Assembly (NCBI GenBank): GCA_014360645.1
Contig: JACIXD010000001.1
Location: 237,647 to 301,646 of the forward strand
Reading direction: 5' to 3'
From: Actinomycetota bacterium
Lineage (GTDB): Bacteria > Actinomycetota > Geothermincolia > Geothermincolales > RBG-13-55-18
Length of the DNA stretch: 64,000 nt
The notes below the pieces were generated by a model. That model worked only from the letters and a program-made list of their open reading frames with translations. It ran no database searches and was not told where the DNA came from. The translations under genes and the position numbers were made by a program. Numbering within the stretch: the stretch's first letter is position 1; each line of letters starts with the position of its first letter. Below, in pieces: positions 54,266 through 64,000 of this stretch.

Positions 54266-54319
54266 GGCGGCGGGGTAGGTCAAGGCCTCGCCGCCGGGGC
54301 ACCCGGCCCGCGCAGGCTT

Positions 54320-54658
54320 TCATGCCCTGAAGGCCTGCCGGCGGAAGCGGGCGGCGAAGCGGGAGGCGCGTAGCAGGGGGTGGTCGCGCAGCTCCTCCAG
54401 GGTGTCCTGGATATCGTCCACGCCCTCCCTGACCGCGGCCGCGTGGGAGGAGATGGAGCGCGCCCGTTCTTGCATCGCTCCCGAGACCGCCTGGAGGTCC
54501 TCCAGGTACCCGCGGAAGAACTCCGACCAGGCCCGGAAGTCCTTATAGCCGTAACGGACGGTACGCCACACGCCCAGCGCCGACCAGGCCAGCACCACCA
54601 GGGAGAGGATCCCCACCAACAGGGAGGAGAGAAAGACGATCAGCGCCGCCAGGCCCAA
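54320..54658 (-). CDS. hypothetical small membrane-anchored protein (DUF948-like: N-terminal TM, C-terminal coiled region)
   Basis: 112 aa with an N-terminal hydrophobic helix AALIVFLSSLLVGILSLVVLAW. It lies convergent to the surface-protein gene. Confidence 0.45.
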   Translation of the reverse strand: MGLAALIVFLSSLLVGILSLVVLAWSALGVWRTVRYGYKDFRAWSEFFRGYLEDLQAVSGAMQERARSISSHAAAVREGVDDIQDTLEELRDHPLLRASRFAARFRRQAFRA

Positions 54659-54951
54659 ACGAGACCCCTTCCGCTATGTACAGGATATGCCGTTGCGAAG
54701 AGGATATCCTAACCCGATGTCACCATCAAGGGGCCAACCTGGCCTTTATCCGGTATCTCAAGGCCCTCAGCCAGGCGAGGAGAACAATGGAACCCAGCAT
54801 AATAATGCTGCCGTCCGCCATCGCCCCTCCTCCCTCCATCGCTTGCGAGAGTCCTCTCACGCCTGATTCTGTTCCCGCCGTCGGTGATGACAAAGGGCGG
54901 CTTCAATATATAATTATGTAATTACTTCTGTGCCGGGCTCGCCTCGCAGGT

Positions 54952-54980
54952 TTGACAAAGGCGGGGCCGCTTTTTAGCAT
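54952..54980 (+). promoter_or_regulatory. candidate sigma70-type promoter upstream of valS (TTGACA-17-TAGCAT)
   Basis: A -35 TTGACA lies in an AT-rich segment, with a weak -10; valS starts at 55080. Confidence 0.3.
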
Positions 54981-55079
54981 GCATTGAGATATAGCGTTCG
55001 CAGCATCTCAGGAAGACCGGGAGAGGGACACGTGGAAAGAGGTCCGGGCGGGAAAGGATCCGCGGCGCCCGAAGGCGGA

Positions 55080-57713
<2,634 letters not shown>

Positions 57714-57816
57714 CCCTTGATCATCGACGGCGGCAAGGATCACGGGGCGTGGATAGGGCTATGGAAATATATAGCAATATATTCAAGGCCGAAGGCCTGA
57801 TCCCGTAGGGGGAGAA

Positions 57817-59130
57817 ATGGATTTTGCGGCGGCGGAGGAGTACCTGGCGAAGTCGGCCATGCACGGCATCAAGCCGAGCCTCGACCGCATCCGCGTGCTC
57901 CTCGCCAAGCTGGGAGACCCGCAGCTCTCCTTCCCCTCCATCCACATCACCGGCACCAACGGCAAGACCTCCGTGGCGCGCATGGTCGCCTCCATCCTCG
58001 AGGTGGGGGGGAGGAGGGTGGCGCGCTACACCTCGCCGCACATGCAGAGCGTCACCGAGCGCATATGCGTGGACGGTAGACCCATAACCGAGCGCGATTT
58101 CGCCTCCACCCTGGAGAGGGTGATCCCCCTGGTGGAGGAGACGGACCGCGAGACGGGAGACCCGCTGAGCTACTTCGAGATCACCACCGCTATGGCCTTC
58201 CTCTATTTCGCCCAGCGCAAGGTGGACGTGGGGGTCATCGAGGTGGGACTGGGGGGGAGGTGGGACGCCACCAACCTGGTGGACTCGAGGCTGCAGGTGA
58301 TCACCGGCGTGGCCTTGGACCACGTGGCGGAGCTGGGAGACACGCTGGAGAAGATCGCTTGGGAGAAGGCGGGGATCATCAAGGAGGACAGCTACGTGAT
58401 CTCCGCGGTGGGGGACCCCGGGGCGCTGGAGATCATCGCCGGCACCTGTGAGGAGAAGAGGAGCAACCTCAAGCTCTTCGGCCGCGACTTCTCCCTTCTC
58501 TACAACCTCACCTACGGCGTGGACACGGGGAAGATCGGGCAGGCGGTGGGCATCAGGGGTCTGCTGCGCGAGTACCCCGAGCTCTTCCTGCCCCTGCTGG
58601 GCGACCACCAGGCGGTAAACGCCGCCTGCGCTGTTGCGACCTGCGAATGCTATGCGGGCACCCTGGCCGCCCTCTCCTCCACCGAGGTGGAGGCGGGGCT
58701 GCGGCGGGTGAAGTCGCCCGGGCGCCTGGAAGTGGTGTCGCGCGATCCCCTGGTGCTCCTGGATGGAGCCCACAATCCCGACGGGGCCGCCCGCCTGGCG
58801 CACGTCCTGGCCAACGACCTCGACTACGAGCGCTGTATCCTGGTGGTGGGCATCCTCGCGGACAAGGACGCCCGCGCCATGCTGGAGCTGCTGCTTCCCC
58901 TGGCCGATACCGTGGTGGTAACCCAGAGCGCCGACGAGCGGGCGACGCCTGCGCACCGCCTCGCCGAGATGGTGAAGGAGCTCGGGAAGGACTGCGTGGT
59001 GGTGGAATCGGTGGGGGAGGCGGTCAGGCTCGCGCGCACCCTGGCCGCGGTGAGCGACCTGGTATGCGTGACGGGGTCGCTCTACACCGTGGGCGAGGCA
59101 AGGACCGCTATGGGGATGAAGCCTGAATAG
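57817..59130 (+). CDS. folC: bifunctional folylpolyglutamate synthase / dihydrofolate synthase
   Basis: P-loop ITGTNGKTS and a Mur ligase-family fold. It follows valS as in Bacillus. Confidence 0.85.
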   Translation: MDFAAAEEYLAKSAMHGIKPSLDRIRVLLAKLGDPQLSFPSIHITGTNGKTSVARMVASILEVGGRRVARYTSPHMQSVTERICVDGRPITERDFASTLERVIPLVEETDRETGDPLSYFEITTAMAFLYFAQRKVDVGVIEVGLGGRWDATNLVDSRLQVITGVALDHVAELGDTLEKIAWEKAGIIKEDSYVISAVGDPGALEIIAGTCEEKRSNLKLFGRDFSLLYNLTYGVDTGKIGQAVGIRGLLREYPELFLPLLGDHQAVNAACAVATCECYAGTLAALSSTEVEAGLRRVKSPGRLEVVSRDPLVLLDGAHNPDGAARLAHVLANDLDYERCILVVGILADKDARAMLELLLPLADTVVVTQSADERATPAHRLAEMVKELGKDCVVVESVGEAVRLARTLAAVSDLVCVTGSLYTVGEARTAMGMKPE

Positions 59131-59317
59131 GGGATGAAGACTTGATGAGGAATAGGGGAAAGGAACGGGAAAAGGAAGAGAAGGAACAGGGGGGCATGAA
59201 GTAAGGAGAAGGTCAGGCCTCATATCCCGGGTCTTGAGGCACGGATGACCGGGGACCGGCAAGGTGAAAGGATCCGGCCCTCGAGGCCAGGGCCCGCAAA
59301 CGGAGATGGAGGTAAGG

Positions 59318-59728
59318 ATGTCCATAGAAAGGACGCTGGTGCTGGTCAAGCCCGACGGCGTGCGGAGGGGACTGGTGGGTGAGGTCATCTCGCGATTCGA
59401 GCGCCAGGGGCTGCGCATAGCCGCCATGCGCATGCTGGTTGTGGACGAGGAGCTGGCGGCGCGCCACTACGCGGAGCATGTGGAGAAGCCCTTCTACCCG
59501 GAACTTCTCTCCTTCATCACCTCCGGAGAGGTGGTGGCCATGGTGCTGGAGGGGGAGTCGGCCATCTCCCAGGTGCGCAAGCTCATGGGCCCCACCGACC
59601 CCAAGCAGGCGCCTCCGGGGACCATCAGGGGGGATTTCGCGGTGGAGATAACCGAGAACATCGTGCACGGGTCCGACGGCCCGGAGAGCGCGGCGCGCGA
59701 GATAGGCATCTTTTTCCCCGATCTCTGA
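59318..59728 (+). CDS. ndk: nucleoside-diphosphate kinase
   Basis: [28 protein letters not shown]...NIVHGSD (active-site His). RBS GGAGGTAAGG. The ORF-track start at 59264 is an upstream GTG extension. Confidence 0.9.
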   Translation: MSIERTLVLVKPDGVRRGLVGEVISRFERQGLRIAAMRMLVVDEELAARHYAEHVEKPFYPELLSFITSGEVVAMVLEGESAISQVRKLMGPTDPKQAPPGTIRGDFAVEITENIVHGSDGPESAAREIGIFFPDL

Positions 59729-59922
59729 ATCCCTTGGCGGCCGGCGGCGGAACCTCCCGGCACGCCGGGTCGTCCATGCCGTGGGCGGGAAGGTCTTGCT
59801 TCGGGCGGCAGCGGAGTCCGCGCCGGGACGGAAAGGAGGCCCGCGGCCGCCGACGGGCTTGCCACCTGGTGTATGATAGAATATTCCCGTACGCTGAAGG
59901 CGGCCTTCGGGCCGTCAACTAA

Positions 59923-60975
<1,053 letters not shown>

Positions 60976-60992
60976 ACCGGGGCCGGACGATC

Positions 60993-61856
60993 ATGATCGA
61001 GAGACATAACCGCAGGCAGCGCGCGCTGGTGATCACCCTCGTCGTCATCTGTGTCCTCCTGGTCACCGTCTATTCCCGGGAGAGCGGAGACGGCATCTTC
61101 CACCGCCTGCAGCGCCTCTCCCTGGACATCGTCTCCCCCCTGCAGAAGGGCATGAGCAAGGTGCTGAGCCCGGTGAAGGACGGCATATCCTTCGTGTTGG
61201 ACATGGGGAGGGCCAGGGGGGAGCGCGACCGCCTGCGGGAAGAGGTCCGGGACCTGCAGGAGAGGGTGGACGAACTGGAGGCCCTGAGGCTCGAGAACCG
61301 GGAGCTCAGGAGCATGATCACGGTAAAGGAGAACAACCCCGAGTTCGAGTTCCTGGTGGTGGACGTCATCGGGGCCAACCCGGACATCTGGGAGCAGACC
61401 ATCCAGATAGGGGCGGGCTATTCCGACGGCCTGCGGGAATACATGGCCGTCCTGAGCGAGGACGGCAGCCTGGCGGGGAGGATAATCCTCTGCACCTCCG
61501 AGGCGTCGGTGGTGCAGTTGATCACCGACGAGAAGAGCTCCGTGGGCGCCATGCTGCAGACCAACGGCGAGCTGGGAGTGCTGCGGGGAGAGGGCAGGAG
61601 CGGGGTGCGGCTGGAGCTGCTCAACCAGGACGCGGAGGTGAGGACGGGGGACCTGGTGGTCACCTCCGGGCTGGGGGGAACCTGTCCGGCGGGGCTCCCC
61701 GTCGGAACCATAACCGAGATCAGCGAGCGCAGGGCGGACCTCTCCGTAGGGATCATCATCGAGCCCCGCGCCAGGCTTACCCGCCTGAACCGGGTGATGG
61801 TGGTGGTCTCGCCGCTGCCGCGTACCGAGCCCCTCGAGGCGGCAAGGGGAGAGTGA
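60993..61856 (+). CDS. mreC: rod shape-determining protein MreC
   Basis: N-terminal TM helix, a coiled coil (RLREEVRDLQERVDELEALRLENRELR) and a beta-rich C-terminal domain. The internal ATG is preferred over the ORF-track start at 60918, which overlaps mreB. Confidence 0.8.
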   Translation: MIERHNRRQRALVITLVVICVLLVTVYSRESGDGIFHRLQRLSLDIVSPLQKGMSKVLSPVKDGISFVLDMGRARGERDRLREEVRDLQERVDELEALRLENRELRSMITVKENNPEFEFLVVDVIGANPDIWEQTIQIGAGYSDGLREYMAVLSEDGSLAGRIILCTSEASVVQLITDEKSSVGAMLQTNGELGVLRGEGRSGVRLELLNQDAEVRTGDLVVTSGLGGTCPAGLPVGTITEISERRADLSVGIIIEPRARLTRLNRVMVVVSPLPRTEPLEAARGE

Positions 61857-61863
61857 GGATGTC

Positions 61864-62364
61864 GTGCACCGACGGTTGATCTTCTTCGTGGTGCTGGTTC
61901 TGGCGCTGCTGGTGCAGCTCACCGTGGCGCCGGAGATCGCCATCGGGACGGTGAGGCCGGACGTGCTCCTGGTGGTCACGGTGTGCTGGGCTCTTTTCGA
62001 GGGCCCGGGACAGGGGGCGTTGTTCGGTTTCTGGGGCGGGCTGCTGGAGGACGTATTCTCCACCGCGGTGCTCGGCGTCGGCGCCTTTGCCAAGACCGTC
62101 ATCGGTTATTTCGGCGGCGAGCTCCGCCAGCGCATCATCTCCAAGTCCGTGGCCTGGCCCATGGTCATCGTGTTCTTCGCCTCCTTCCTCCACGAGCTGG
62201 TGAAGTTCGCCACCTGGGCCATGGTGGGCTTGGAGGACCGCCCGCCTTTCAGCTTCGGGATCATCGCCGGCCTCGCCCTCTACAACGCCCTGATCACCCT
62301 GGCCGTCTATCCGGTGATCGGGCGTTTCGCCCTGGGCGAGGAGAGGTCCCTCATGTTCCAGTGA
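61864..62364 (+). CDS. mreD: rod shape-determining protein MreD
   Basis: 166 aa with a GTG start and about 5 TM helices. It sits between mreC and the pbp2 gene. Confidence 0.65.
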   Translation: MHRRLIFFVVLVLALLVQLTVAPEIAIGTVRPDVLLVVTVCWALFEGPGQGALFGFWGGLLEDVFSTAVLGVGAFAKTVIGYFGGELRQRIISKSVAWPMVIVFFASFLHELVKFATWAMVGLEDRPPFSFGIIAGLALYNALITLAVYPVIGRFALGEERSLMFQ

Positions 62365-62389
62365 TCGCCGGGAGGGAGGCAGAAAGACC

Positions 62390-64000
62390 ATGCCCGCCAA
62401 TCCGCAGCAGCAGGGAGCGATGGTACACCGCTTCACCCTCTTCATCATGTTCCTGGGGGCGCTGGTGGCGGTGCTGGTGGTGCGGCTGTGGTTCCTGCAG
62501 GTGGTGCAGGGAGAGCATTACAAAGTGATGGCCGAGGGGAACCGCATCCGCGAGGTTCCCCTGGAGGCCAACCGTGGCAACATCCTCGACCGCAACAACC
62601 GGGAGATGGTCATCAACCGCCAGGCCCTTTCCATCTTCGTGCTCCCCACGGAGTTCGAGAAGCTCGAGGACAAGGAAGGGGAGGTGGCACGCCTGGCGGC
62701 GCTGCTGGACATGGAGCCGGAAGAGATCCTCGGGAAGCTGCAGGGGAACGAGGTACAGCCCCACAAGCCGGTGCTCATCAAGAAGGACGTGGACCCGGAG
62801 GTGTACTTCTTCATCGCGGAGAGGCAGGTGGACTTCCCCTGGGTGGAGGCGGACGAGATGCCGGTGCGCGAATACTACGAGGGCGAGGAGACCTTGGCCG
62901 CGCACGTGCTCGGCTACCTGGGCGAGATCAGCAAGGAGCAGCTCCAGGTGCTCAGGGATAAGGGATACAAGGCGGGGGATATCGTGGGCACCTCGGGCGT
63001 GGAGGCCTATTACGAGGACACCCTGCGCGGCATCGACGGCAAGCGTATCGTGGAGGTGGACGCCTCGGGAAACCCCCTGCGCGTGCTGGGGGAGGAGGAG
63101 CGCCAGCCCGGGAAGACGGTCATCCTCACCCTGGACAAGGAGCTGCAGAAAGCGGTGGAGGCCGCCCTGCGCGAGGGCATGGAGAAGGCGCGCACCTACT
63201 TCGACCGCGAGCGGGGCAGGAATTACTCCGCCCCCGCGGGGGCGGCGGTGGTCCTCGACCCGCGCAACGGCGAGATCCTTGCCATGGCCAGCGAGCCCAC
63301 CTTCAACCTGGAGAACTTCGTGGGGGGCATCGACGAGAAGGAGTGGGCGATCCTCAACGACCCCGCCAACAACTATCCCCTCAACAACCGCGCCATCGTG
63401 GGGCAGTACCCTCCCGGCTCCACCTTCAAGGTGATCACGGCCATGGCGGCGCTGCAGGACCTGGGGGTGACGGCATATTCGCCCTTCTATTGCAACCACG
63501 TCTTCAACCGGGGCGAGTTCGCGCAGTTCCCCAAGACCTGCTGGGGGAAGCACGGGGCCGTCGACTTCATCCACGCCATCGTGGAGTCGTGCGACGTGGT
63601 CTTCTACGACCTCGGCTATTCCATATACGAGAACCGCGAGCGGGAGGGATGGGTGACGAAGCTGCAGGACTACGCCAGGCTGGCCGGGCTAGGGTCCAAG
63701 ACCGGCGTGGACCTGCCCAACGAGTTCGAGGGACGGGTGCCCACGCCGCAGTGGAAGTGGGAGTTCAACCAGGGCAACCCGGACTACCAGCGCTGGTATC
63801 CCGGGGACACCGTCAACCTGGCGGTGGGACAGGGAGACGTCCTGGTGACTCCCCTGCAGCTCGCCAACGTGTACGCGGCCATCGCCAACGGCGGTCCCTT
63901 CTACCGTCCCCACGTGGGCAAGGAGATCATCACCTGGCAGGGAGAGACGGTGGAGGTCAACCAGCCCCAGATGATCGGCGACATCACCAGCGCCGACAAC
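62390..64000 (+). CDS. mrdA: penicillin-binding protein 2 (peptidoglycan D,D-transpeptidase MrdA), partial; 3' end outside the window
   Basis: RBS GGGAGGGAGG. N-terminal TM helix, PBP dimerisation domain and transpeptidase motif GSTFK. The reading frame is still open at the window end. Confidence 0.85.
   Translation, partial: MPANPQQQGAMVHRFTLFIMFLGALVAVLVVRLWFLQVVQGEHYKVMAEGNRIREVPLEANRGNILDRNNREMVINRQALSIFVLPTEFEKLEDKEGEVARLAALLDMEPEEILGKLQGNEVQPHKPVLIKKDVDPEVYFFIAERQVDFPWVEADEMPVREYYEGEETLAAHVLGYLGEISKEQLQVLRDKGYKAGDIVGTSGVEAYYEDTLRGIDGKRIVEVDASGNPLRVLGEEERQPGKTVILTLDKELQKAVEAALREGMEKARTYFDRERGRNYSAPAGAAVVLDPRNGEILAMASEPTFNLENFVGGIDEKEWAILNDPANNYPLNNRAIVGQYPPGSTFKVITAMAALQDLGVTAYSPFYCNHVFNRGEFAQFPKTCWGKHGAVDFIHAIVESCDVVFYDLGYSIYENREREGWVTKLQDYARLAGLGSKTGVDLPNEFEGRVPTPQWKWEFNQGNPDYQRWYPGDTVNLAVGQGDVLVTPLQLANVYAAIANGGPFYRPHVGKEIITWQGETVEVNQPQMIGDITSADN

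Overview
This is a 64 kb, high-GC (roughly 65-70%), gene-dense chromosomal window that is mostly housekeeping genes on the + strand. The gene order is Firmicute-like (Bacillus subtilis-like): comF-flgM...hpf-secA-prfB, ftsE-ftsX-ctp, murI-MBL-rph-rdgB, tig-clpP-clpX, valS-folC and mreB-mreC-mreD-pbp2. This suggests a high-GC Firmicute (inference only; nothing was searched).

The first ~17.7 kb is a cell-surface glycan locus:
- three GT1 and two GT2 glycosyltransferases;
- a GtrB/CsbB-like polyprenol-phosphate sugar synthase;
- a large polytopic GT-C-type membrane glycosyltransferase;
- a 513-aa membrane-anchored protein of unknown function;
- a manC-gmd-rmd set predicting GDP-D-rhamnose;
- a second sugar-1-P nucleotidyltransferase;
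- ahcY and mtnA, which are separated by a low-GC insertion carrying a Fic-family gene whose catalytic His is replaced by Arg.

Other notable content:
- an eight-copy 84-bp tandem repeat array in front of comF;
- a flgM-like anti-sigma gene followed by an ~870-bp noncoding gap where Firmicutes carry flagellin genes;
- two tandem paralogous membrane HD/HD-GYP proteins, one degenerate, between hpf and secA;
- prfB with its programmed +1 frameshift;
- tmRNA (ssrA) next to smpB;
- five tRNAs;
- a 1282-aa secreted BNR-propeller/IPT-TIG surface protein with a near-identical 309-bp tandem duplication, driven by a near-consensus sigma70 promoter in an AT-rich patch.

Many ORF-track entries are antisense or GC-driven artifacts, and several true starts are internal to the listed ORFs (TTG or GTG starts, some overlapping the upstream stop).
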